A stretch of 32,000 nucleotides of DNA from Nanobdella aerobiophila (lineage in GTDB: Archaea > Nanobdellota > Nanobdellia > Nanobdellales > Nanobdellaceae), in the NCBI RefSeq assembly GCF_023169545.1, contig NZ_AP019769.1, forward strand, positions 480,001-512,000, given 5' to 3'. Both the position numbers and the translations under genes were made by a program. The notes under the pieces are model-generated. The model was not told where the DNA came from. It ran no database searches and worked only from the letters and a program-made list of their open reading frames with translations. Of the stretch, positions 16,265 to 24,725 are shown in pieces (the stretch's first letter is position 1; each line of letters begins with the position of its first letter).

Positions 16265-16765
16265 TTATATTTCATCACTCCAGCATATCATTCTGTAGGA
16301 ACAATATTTACAATATTGTTTTTTTATTACTTTTGGTGGTTTATCGGATTTTAATATTTCTTTAATGTTCTTAACCATCTCTTCTATTTTCTTTTCATCT
16401 TCTTTAGATAATTCTATATATTCTTCTTTGCTTTCTTCAGGTATTATTAATTTTCCTTTTACATTCAAGCCCTTTCTATTTAAATAATATAAGTAATATT
16501 TTAATTGCCATAATGATGCTTCTTTAAATGAGGAAGACTTTTTAATTTCATAGATTAATACAAAATCTCTATATCTTTTCATAATATCTGGAGATATATC
16601 TTCAATTATTAATTTCTTTTGATATTTATATTTTTCTTTATAAAATAATTCTATATATTTTCCGATTAGCACCAGATCTGATTCATGTTCCATAGTTATT
16701 TTATGATGATAAAACCATAATTTCCTAGGACAAATAATAAAATAATAAATATAATTACCTTTCAT
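16265..16765 (-). CDS. cas4: CRISPR-associated exonuclease Cas4 (RecB-like, 4-Cys cluster)
   Basis: 166 aa. N-terminal Cys (ICPRKLWFYHH) plus C-terminal CKYCSYRMIC, and a central nuclease-like IYEIKKS. Its stop abuts the cas6 stop with zero spacer. Its ATG overlaps the upstream gene's stop by 1 nt (TAATG). Confidence 0.85.
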   Translation of the reverse strand: MKGNYIYYFIICPRKLWFYHHKITMEHESDLVLIGKYIELFYKEKYKYQKKLIIEDISPDIMKRYRDFVLIYEIKKSSSFKEASLWQLKYYLYYLNRKGLNVKGKLIIPEESKEEYIELSKEDEKKIEEMVKNIKEILKSDKPPKVIKKQYCKYCSYRMICWSDEI

Positions 16766-17385
16766 TAATACATTCTTAATAAATATCTTTCCAATTCTTC
16801 TGTACCAATTATAGACTTTTTTCCTAATATAACAGTTCTTTCTTCTAATTCTATTTCAATATTCTTAGTTTTAATAAAAGCTGTCAGATTTCTTTTGAAT
16901 ATTTCGGAATATTCTATGGGAACTCTAATTATAAAAGGATTCCTTCTTATTAATTCAGCATGAGTCTCTTCTAATAAACCTTTTTTATTTCTATCCTTTC
17001 TTCCATAAATAAAGAAATGAAAAGATACCTTCTTGCTATTTTTATTTTCCCCATAAATTATTTTTCTAAATATATATTCTTTAAATGATTTAAATGCCAA
17101 AATTTCTCTAATTGGTCTTTTATATTTTACAGACCAACCTTCTGATAATATTTCTATCAATAATGTTCCTAAAGAAAATAATTTATCAGATTCTATAATA
17201 TTTATATGATATATTTCTGGTAAATTTAGTTTTTTATATACATCATATGTGATTTTCTTGAATATAACTAATATATCAATATCTTTTGGATTTTCTTTTC
17301 CTCTAGTTATAGATCCGAATATTATAATATCTTCTATATTTTCATCTAATATTTTATGTAACTCTTCTATAATTTTATTTATCAT
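16765..17385 (-). CDS. Nucleotidyltransferase-domain protein (MNT-like) with ~100-aa C-terminal extension
   Basis: 206 aa. Minimal-NTase signature IIIFGSITRGKENPKDIDILVIF (G-S ... D-x-D). Overlaps the upstream HEPN-like ORF by 11 nt and cas4 by 1 nt. Confidence 0.7.
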   Translation of the reverse strand: MINKIIEELHKILDENIEDIIIFGSITRGKENPKDIDILVIFKKITYDVYKKLNLPEIYHINIIESDKLFSLGTLLIEILSEGWSVKYKRPIREILAFKSFKEYIFRKIIYGENKNSKKVSFHFFIYGRKDRNKKGLLEETHAELIRRNPFIIRVPIEYSEIFKRNLTAFIKTKNIEIELEERTVILGKKSIIGTEELERYLLRMY

Positions 17386-17713
17386 CTTTTATCATATCCT
17401 TTATTTTTGTAGCCCATTCTTTTAATGAACTTGCTTCTGAAGGTGTAATATTCCTATAATAAGCGCTAATGTATATTTCATATATACTTTGGTATATATC
17501 TGAAAGTTCTTTACAAACTTTGTCTATTATTTTTTTAGAATTTAAATATATTTTTCTTTCATCATGGTTTTTTACTGTTATATTATATTTTTTATATAAA
17601 TAATAATCTATCATTCTGAATATTGCTTTAGCATATAATACAGCAGATGCTGTATACCAACCTTTCTGATAATCGAACTCTGCAGGTTCTAATAATTCTT
17701 CCCATGGTTCCAT
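17375..17713 (-). CDS. Small helical HEPN-like protein (partner of the NTase)
   Basis: 112 aa. All-helical pattern with GWYTASAVLYAKAIFRMIDYYLYKK...KNHDER resembles COG2250-type HEPN proteins. A canonical R-x4-6-H motif is not evident (K-N-H instead). The call rests mainly on gene order with the NTase. Confidence 0.4.
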   Translation of the reverse strand: MEPWEELLEPAEFDYQKGWYTASAVLYAKAIFRMIDYYLYKKYNITVKNHDERKIYLNSKKIIDKVCKELSDIYQSIYEIYISAYYRNITPSEASSLKEWATKIKDMIKDDK

Positions 17714-17847
17714 GAATATATTATAAAATTTAAATTATATAAGAATATCCATGGTTACAATAGTTAACGAAATTATATATTTAATTTCAACATGGTTAAT
17801 TATTATACCAAAGAAACATTTATAATCTTTTAAATCTATAATATAAA

Positions 17848-19203
17848 ATGTCCATTTCTCAAAATATTGATTTAAGTAACTTAAACGATTCTTACTATTA
17901 TAGATTATTATATAATTTATTAGGCCATATGCTACAAAATAAAAAAATTAAAGATGTTGATAGATTATTAGAAATATTAAAAGATGAAATAGAGAAAACT
18001 ATTAAGGAAGATTTTAGAGCATCCATATTAGTTACTTCTGTTTCAAAAGAAGAAGGTAGAAATTTTTATTTACCAGGAGAATCATTGTTATCTGAGGATG
18101 AAGTAAAAGAAATAATAGATGATTTAGATGGAATTTATATATATAACAATAAAAGAATATTTTTATTCAAAATAAAAAATAGTAGAGTATTTGAAAATTA
18201 TAAAAAAGAAATTATAGCTACTATGAAAAAAATTTATAATGAAAAGAAAAATCAAATTGATGAAGGAATAGATTTTAAAAGATTATTGGAAAAAGTAAAT
18301 GCTCAAAAGATAAAAAAATTATATTTATCAAGTAGTGACCGTAATAATAAAAAAAGTAGTGGTAAGGCTTATTCAAATATAGCGCTCTTCTTAATATTAA
18401 ATGATTTTATCTTATATATTTTAAAATATATCAACAAATATTCTAATGTAAAAAGTGATGATGAATTATTAATTCAGCTATTAAATAGAGATGAAAATAT
18501 ATTATATGTACCAGCAGTTTTTACTGTTTTAGGAAGTGAAAAAAAGAGAAAATATTATATTAATAACTTAGTAGATTTTATTTTTAAATTCTATCCAGAA
18601 GAAAAAACAAAAGTAAGCGAATATTCAATTATCGGAAGTTTTTTATTTTCTTTTTATATAATAGATAAAGATTTTAGAGATAAAGTTCTAGGATTATTAG
18701 ATAAATTCTTATATTATTTAATTTTTAAAGAATATATAAATTGGGCTATTTTATCTCAAATGATCTCTATATTTTATGATTATAATTCTAAGAAATTTAT
18801 AAGAAATAATAAAAAACCTATCTCAATAAAGGGAATAAAGTTCTTCATCATGATGGATTTAAAAAAATATTTCCATTGGGCATATGAAACTGGAAAAACA
18901 ATAATAAAAGAAAGTCCTACAAACGGAAAAGATTATATAGAAGAAATAATAAAAAATATAAGAAAAGAAGAATTACCAGGTAGATTTAAAGATGAACTAT
19001 ATAATTCTTTATATAAAATAACTGAAAAAATAAAGAAAGAAAAAGGAAATCCTAACTTTAATTTAGAAATAGATAAAGATATAATTGAAAAAAATCATTA
19101 TGGAGACGAATTTTATAAATTGAAATCAGCTATTATGGCTGGATTTATTAATTCATTAAGTTATAAATCTGAAGAGGCCAATACAAATAATAATATATCA
19201 TGA
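17848..19203 (+). CDS. cas8b: Type I-B large subunit candidate (Cas8b-like)
   Basis: 451 aa, first gene of a cas8-cas7-cas5-cas3 operon with ATGA overlaps. No motif-level identification, so the call is positional. Confidence 0.6.
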   Translation: MSISQNIDLSNLNDSYYYRLLYNLLGHMLQNKKIKDVDRLLEILKDEIEKTIKEDFRASILVTSVSKEEGRNFYLPGESLLSEDEVKEIIDDLDGIYIYNNKRIFLFKIKNSRVFENYKKEIIATMKKIYNEKKNQIDEGIDFKRLLEKVNAQKIKKLYLSSSDRNNKKSSGKAYSNIALFLILNDFILYILKYINKYSNVKSDDELLIQLLNRDENILYVPAVFTVLGSEKKRKYYINNLVDFIFKFYPEEKTKVSEYSIIGSFLFSFYIIDKDFRDKVLGLLDKFLYYLIFKEYINWAILSQMISIFYDYNSKKFIRNNKKPISIKGIKFFIMMDLKKYFHWAYETGKTIIKESPTNGKDYIEEIIKNIRKEELPGRFKDELYNSLYKITEKIKKEKGNPNFNLEIDKDIIEKNHYGDEFYKLKSAIMAGFINSLSYKSEEANTNNNIS

Positions 19204-20111
19204 TGAAGACAGTACAAATATCTATATTGGCTAGAGTATACGGAAATGTAAATGCGGATGAGAATATAGGAAATAGAATAACATTAAAGAAATTTTATAG
19301 TTCAGAAGGAGAAGTATTGCCATTTGTTTCAGCTAGAGCGATAAAATATTCAATAAGAGAAGCATTAAAAAACTCTGAATTTAAGACAGATCCATTTGTA
19401 AATGAAAGAACAGTGCTTGCAGATTCTGGAGATCCTATAACTTATGTAGATAATGATTTGTTTGGATTTATGGTTCCAGTTAAGAGAGAAAAAAGTGGAA
19501 AGGGAGAATCTATTAAGAGACAAGCACCAGTAGCCATATCATATTTTAAAGCATTAAAAAATACACCTATTAGTACAGAATTTGGTGCTAAATTTCCTAA
19601 AGAGGGGGATTCGAATCCAACACCATTTGAAGTAGAAGTTTCTGACTTTATAGGAAAATTAAACGTGTTAATATATGATTATATTGGAAAATTTAAAGAA
19701 CAAGAATTAAAAAATGTAAAAAATAAAGAAAATTTAGAAAAAAATGGAGATTTTTATGTATTAAAAAAAGAGGAAAGAGAAAAAAGATTAGGAAAATTCT
19801 TAGAAATATTATTGACTCCCAAATATGTTTTACCAAGAAGGTCGAATTCATTAAATATACCAGAATATATAATAGCCATTATAGTATTAAATAAGAAAGG
19901 TGTATTACCCATATACCAGTATTTAGATTATGTTATTAAAGATGGTAAAATTGAGATAAATAAGGAAAAATTTGAAAAATTAGAGTCTCTATGTAAAAAT
20001 AGTGAAAGTGAATTATATATAATAGATTATGAAAACATATTAAATGAAAATATAGAGAATAAAATAGACGTAAATACTGTAATTCAAAAAATAAAAGAAC
20101 ATTTACTATGA
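19200..20111 (+). CDS. cas7: Cas7 (type I-B backbone subunit, Csh2/DevR-like)
   Basis: 303 aa. N-terminal ISILARVYGNVNADENIGN and LPFVSARAIKYSIREAL are typical of the Cas7 family. Confidence 0.8.
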   Translation: MMKTVQISILARVYGNVNADENIGNRITLKKFYSSEGEVLPFVSARAIKYSIREALKNSEFKTDPFVNERTVLADSGDPITYVDNDLFGFMVPVKREKSGKGESIKRQAPVAISYFKALKNTPISTEFGAKFPKEGDSNPTPFEVEVSDFIGKLNVLIYDYIGKFKEQELKNVKNKENLEKNGDFYVLKKEEREKRLGKFLEILLTPKYVLPRRSNSLNIPEYIIAIIVLNKKGVLPIYQYLDYVIKDGKIEINKEKFEKLESLCKNSESELYIIDYENILNENIENKIDVNTVIQKIKEHLL

Positions 20112-20836
20112 AAGCTCTTGCTTTTAGGATTTCTTTTTTTGAATCTTTATTTACAGTTCATTATACTAAAGCATTTAAATTATCTTATCCAACACTTTTA
20201 CCCATTACTGTTTTTGGTCTTTTAGGAAATATATGTGGATATGATAGGGGAGAAATAGTTGAAAAACTTGGAAATTTTTATTTTGGATCTACATTTATAA
20301 AAGGAGATCCTACAGAAGAAAATATAACTTTTATACAATTTAAGAATGAAGGAAAAGGTAAATATAGAAGTGGAGTTGTAAAAACTCAAGTATACAGTAA
20401 TTCTGAACATATAATCGTAGTAGCTGGGGAAGAAAATGAACTAAGAAGGAAGATAATAGATAAAATAAGAAAAATAGATTTAGATACTATAAAAGATGAA
20501 TATGGAGAATGGAAGATAATAAGAACTATTAGATATCCATACGGTGGACAAAATGATTTTTTTGCAAAAGATATACGAATTTTAGATAAACTTTTAGAAG
20601 TAGAAAAAGATAATATAGTCAGAGGTTACGTCGTTTCTTCATTAATCAAATCGATAAATAAAGATACAAATATAGAAATATTACCTGCAAGATACAAAAA
20701 TAGGTTAGAATATTTTATATTTGTTAAAAAGGGATATGTAGAATTGAAAGAACCTATAGATTCTGTATTAAAGATTCCTTTATATAAAATAAAAGACTTT
20801 GCCATATACAAGAATGTGCAAATCCCATCCTTATAA
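20108..20836 (+). CDS. cas5: Cas5 (type I-B)
   Basis: 242 aa. N-terminus KALAFRISFFESLFTVHYTKAFKLSYPTLLPITVFGLLGNICG matches the Cas5 N-terminal pattern (xYP-xPxxSxxxGLLGxIxG). Confidence 0.8.
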   Translation: MKALAFRISFFESLFTVHYTKAFKLSYPTLLPITVFGLLGNICGYDRGEIVEKLGNFYFGSTFIKGDPTEENITFIQFKNEGKGKYRSGVVKTQVYSNSEHIIVVAGEENELRRKIIDKIRKIDLDTIKDEYGEWKIIRTIRYPYGGQNDFFAKDIRILDKLLEVEKDNIVRGYVVSSLIKSINKDTNIEILPARYKNRLEYFIFVKKGYVELKEPIDSVLKIPLYKIKDFAIYKNVQIPSL

Positions 20837-23129
20837 ATATTTATCTCAACATATTCAAGAGATAAATTATATTTTTTATAAATTATTAGATTTTTATGAT
20901 ATAAAAATAAATGAAAAAGAAAAGAAGCTTTTTGAATATGTCATAAAGTATCATGATATAGGAAAATGTAGAGAAGAATTTCAAGAATATATAAAAAATA
21001 TTGAAGAAAATAAAAAAGTATCTTCTCCGGGTAGTCATTCTTTATGGTCTATAGAAAAAATAGAAGAATTACTTAAGAAAAATAGTTTCTGGAATAAAGA
21101 TAAAGAATTTGTTAAAGAATATGATATATTGATATCTTATCTAATTGCGAAACATCATTCTAATTTAACATTAGAGTTTCCAAAAAATATAAAGAAGCAA
21201 TTAGCAAAGCTAATATTAATAATGAAGAATACAAATAAAGTTGATGAAAAAACTATAACAATTCTATATGATCATATTGAATTGTACTATAAGTTATATT
21301 TTATACGCAATTTTTCAAGTATGGATGATATAATAAAAATTGCAGATTTATATGGTATATTTAAGATAGCCGATGTATTATCTGCAAAAAATGGACTTAA
21401 TGATATCGATAAATTAACTAAAAGAATAGAAATAAAAAGAGAAGATATAAAAAAGATTATTAAACATAAATTAGACGAAAAAAGATGGCTAGTTCAAAAT
21501 AAGTTGTCAGAATATGATTATTTATTTTTGAGAGCTCCAACAGGATGGGGGAAAACAACAACTTCATTATTTTTTGCAATGAATAAAAATTATAGAAAGA
21601 TATTCATAACTTTACCTACAATTACATCTATTAAAAAATTTTATGATAGTTTGACAAAAATATTCAATAAAGATGAAGTAGGCATGTATTTTTATTTCTA
21701 TGACGCATTATTAAATATTAATGATGAAATTGATGAAAGAATAAATTCATTATTTTATATTCAAAATTTATATTCTCCAATTAATATAACTACTGTTGAT
21801 CAAATATTGTTATCCTTCCTACAAGCAGGAAAATACTTTTTAAAAAGATTAAATTTAAGGAAATCCATGTTAATTATTGATGAAGTACACTTATTAACTC
21901 CACAAATGATCTTTTTATTAAAAAAATTTATACAATATTTAGTACCAATTTACGATATAAAATTATTATTAATGTCTGCTACATTTCCCAGGGGTTTAAA
22001 AGAATATCTGCTTGAAGGTTTGCCTAATAATAATGTAAAATTTGGTGCAATAGATATATATGGTATATGGGATAAAGGATATTATGATGAGTATTATTAT
22101 AATAGAAAAAGATTCGAATTATTTATTGAAGATAATGATATATTAGAAAATATTGATTTTATTATTAAAGAAAATAAAGATAATAAAAGTATCTTGGTAA
22201 TTACTAATACTGTAGAAAAAGCTGTAGCTATATATAAAAAATTAAGGGATGATTATAATACAAAAAATATATTATTATTGCATTCTAGATATATGTTTAA
22301 AGATAGAGAAGATAAAGAAAATAAAATAGATAAAATAATAAATAAGAAAGGAATATTAATTTCTACTCAAATTTCGGAAGTTTCTTTAGATATAGATTTC
22401 GATATATTATTTACAGAAATGGCCCCTATATCTTCATTAGTCCAAAGGTTTGGAAGAGTAAATAGATATGGACTGAAAACAGATGCAAAAGTATATGTAT
22501 TTTATCCTTTAGAGATAAAGGAGATGAAAGGAGATGAGAGAAAAATATATCCATATAATATAGAAGAAATAAAAAAATCTAAGGAAATATTAAAAAAATT
22601 AATGGATGAAAGAAATTTAAGTGAAGGAAATTTGATAAATATAATAGATAGAGAATATAATATAAACTTTTATAAAGATTTAATTAATAATGAAGGAATA
22701 GAAAAATTATATAGAGACCTTTTTGAGATTAGAAATGAAAAGTCTACATTATGGTTCTTCTCTAGTATATATGAAGAAGATGGCAGAAAATTATTAGAAT
22801 TTAGGGATAATATTACAACTTTAATTATACCTTATGGCGAGCTATTATTTAATAAAGAGAAAGATCTATATAACAAAATAATAAATAATTTAATAAATAA
22901 ATATGAATCATTAAGAAATACAGGTTCTTATGAAGACTGGGTTAAATTTTTTGCGAAAGCAAAATTATATTCTGTACCAGTACCAATTTGGGTATTTGTC
23001 AATAGTAAAGAAAATGATGAAAAATACGGATTTCCAATAATAGAAGAACTACCAGAAGGAATAAATTATAAGTATTCTTCAGAATATGGTTTTATAAACT
23101 TAGATAAATTAAAAAAGTATGGGATTTAA
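20814..23129 (+). CDS. cas3: Cas3, fused HD nuclease + SF2 helicase
   Basis: The tracked ORF starts at TTG 20799. The ATG at 20814 (MCKSHPYKYLSQH...) is preferred. HD domain (KYHDIGK, AKHHSN), Walker A LRAPTGWGKTT, DEAH-like IIDEVH, and SAT-like motif MSATFP. Confidence 0.85.
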   Translation: MCKSHPYKYLSQHIQEINYIFYKLLDFYDIKINEKEKKLFEYVIKYHDIGKCREEFQEYIKNIEENKKVSSPGSHSLWSIEKIEELLKKNSFWNKDKEFVKEYDILISYLIAKHHSNLTLEFPKNIKKQLAKLILIMKNTNKVDEKTITILYDHIELYYKLYFIRNFSSMDDIIKIADLYGIFKIADVLSAKNGLNDIDKLTKRIEIKREDIKKIIKHKLDEKRWLVQNKLSEYDYLFLRAPTGWGKTTTSLFFAMNKNYRKIFITLPTITSIKKFYDSLTKIFNKDEVGMYFYFYDALLNINDEIDERINSLFYIQNLYSPINITTVDQILLSFLQAGKYFLKRLNLRKSMLIIDEVHLLTPQMIFLLKKFIQYLVPIYDIKLLLMSATFPRGLKEYLLEGLPNNNVKFGAIDIYGIWDKGYYDEYYYNRKRFELFIEDNDILENIDFIIKENKDNKSILVITNTVEKAVAIYKKLRDDYNTKNILLLHSRYMFKDREDKENKIDKIINKKGILISTQISEVSLDIDFDILFTEMAPISSLVQRFGRVNRYGLKTDAKVYVFYPLEIKEMKGDERKIYPYNIEEIKKSKEILKKLMDERNLSEGNLINIIDREYNINFYKDLINNEGIEKLYRDLFEIRNEKSTLWFFSSIYEEDGRKLLEFRDNITTLIIPYGELLFNKEKDLYNKIINNLINKYESLRNTGSYEDWVKFFAKAKLYSVPVPIWVFVNSKENDEKYGFPIIEELPEGINYKYSSEYGFINLDKLKKYGI

Positions 23130-23149
23130 ATCGATAAAGATAATAATAT

Positions 23150-24160
23150 CTAGTATCTTAACCTAAAAGCTTCAAAAGGATATTCTTCTATTAGATATCT
23201 TTCTAAATTATAGCATTGTTTTCTAATAAATGTTTTTATACTCTTTCTACCTTTACCTTTTATTTTTATTGTCTCATCTATCCTTTTATCAAATTCTTTT
23301 ATAACTAATTTCCTTCCGTATTCATTTAATAATATACTATCTAATCCCTTCACAAAATGCTCCGATTTTATCATATCTTGATTTATTAACCATATTAATA
23401 TTCTAAAGGTAATTATTGGTTTAAATGGTTCTGCAAAATCTAGTGCTAGAGAAAATCTTCTTTCAAATGGTTCATGTAAAAAAGATATTGTAGGATCTAA
23501 GTGAGTTTTATAAATTTCAGATAATACTTGAGAATATAATAACATATTTGAAAAGCTAACTATTGCGTTTGCTTCATTTCTTGGAGGTCTTCTTGTTCTT
23601 TTTTCTAACTTATATGTTTTTAATACTTTATCTAACGCGTCATAAAATATTTGCCATATATTACTCTCTATACCTAATATAATATTTATAGAATTTTTCC
23701 AATCATTAAAATTCCTTTTAAATTCTTCTTTTACATTATAAGATCTTAATCTTTGTACATAATCTTTTATTTCACTGTATTTTTCCAATACTTTTATCAT
23801 ATTATATCTTGTAGCATCTACAATTTCTAATGCTATTTCAGATCTTTTCTGTATATCATTATATGCTAGTGCTTGTTTTATATGAATTATCCCCGCCGGA
23901 TTCTTATGTTTAGGAACAAAAGATCCTAGATGATAAAATATTCCTTTTTCTCTATTTTCATAGAAGAAATGCAAAAATATATTTCTATCAGCAATTAATT
24001 TTAACGCATTATATGTTATGGAAACTTTATTTAATATAAAAATATTTGATATGTTTTCTAATGGTATAGCCCTCTTCTTTTTATCTTTATCAATAAAATA
24101 CAAATTATTATATTTTCTAAATAATTTTCCTATTGAAATAATGTATATATTCTTGCTCAT
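23150..24160 (-). CDS. cas1: Cas1 integrase
   Basis: 336 aa. RRPPRNEANAIVSFSNMLLY and HEPFERRFSLALDFAEPFKP are typical Cas1 motifs. It is on the opposite strand to cas2. Confidence 0.9.
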   Translation of the reverse strand: MSKNIYIISIGKLFRKYNNLYFIDKDKKKRAIPLENISNIFILNKVSITYNALKLIADRNIFLHFFYENREKGIFYHLGSFVPKHKNPAGIIHIKQALAYNDIQKRSEIALEIVDATRYNMIKVLEKYSEIKDYVQRLRSYNVKEEFKRNFNDWKNSINIILGIESNIWQIFYDALDKVLKTYKLEKRTRRPPRNEANAIVSFSNMLLYSQVLSEIYKTHLDPTISFLHEPFERRFSLALDFAEPFKPIITFRILIWLINQDMIKSEHFVKGLDSILLNEYGRKLVIKEFDKRIDETIKIKGKGRKSIKTFIRKQCYNLERYLIEEYPFEAFRLRY

Positions 24161-24173
24161 ATATTAATATATT

Positions 24174-24437
24174 ATGGTTTACGTTATTATAGTTTATGAT
24201 ATAAATATTGAAAGACAAAACAAAGTCAGGGAGTTTTTAAAGATGCATCTAAATCATGTTCAAAATTCTGTTTTTGAAGGAGAAATTTTAGAAAGTAGTT
24301 TATTCTTTATAAAAAAGAGATTAGAAAAAATTATTAACAAAGAAGAAGATTCCGTGTTAATATATGTTCTGCCAGGTAGAGGTTACATAAAAGAAAGAAT
24401 AGAATTAGGGAAAAATAAAGAGTACGAATTTCTCTAA
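24174..24437 (+). CDS. cas2: Cas2
   Basis: 87 aa. MVYVIIVYDI...VQNSVFEGEI...DSVLIYVL is the classic Cas2 pattern. Confidence 0.9.
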   Translation: MVYVIIVYDINIERQNKVREFLKMHLNHVQNSVFEGEILESSLFFIKKRLEKIINKEEDSVLIYVLPGRGYIKERIELGKNKEYEFL

Positions 24438-24725
24438 TTATATTATAAAAGTTGCAGTAATCTATTTATTATAAAATAATATTTTTTATAATGTTTTATT
24501 TAATATTATTGTAGGCATAAATAAATGTGATATAAAAATAAAAGTATTAGTAATTCTCAAAAAATTTAATAAAATAGTTAATGGAAAGTTTTTACGTCAT
24601 CAAAAATATATTACAACCTATGCGAGGTTTTGTAGGAGTTTTCTTTAATGAACCTTGCAGAATTATAAAAGTTTTATAAGATTTTAGTATTAAATATCTT
24701 AGATAAAGAAGTTGATTATCTTATA
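24438..24725 (+). promoter_or_regulatory. CRISPR leader
   Basis: AT-rich 288 nt between cas2 and the first repeat. TATA-like runs lie at about 24661-24680. A small hairpin aacct-atgcg-aggtt lies at 24615-24629, with a second aacct-tgc motif at 24651. Orientation is inferred from the repeat 3' end ATTGAAAG and from repeat decay at the far end. Confidence 0.65.
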
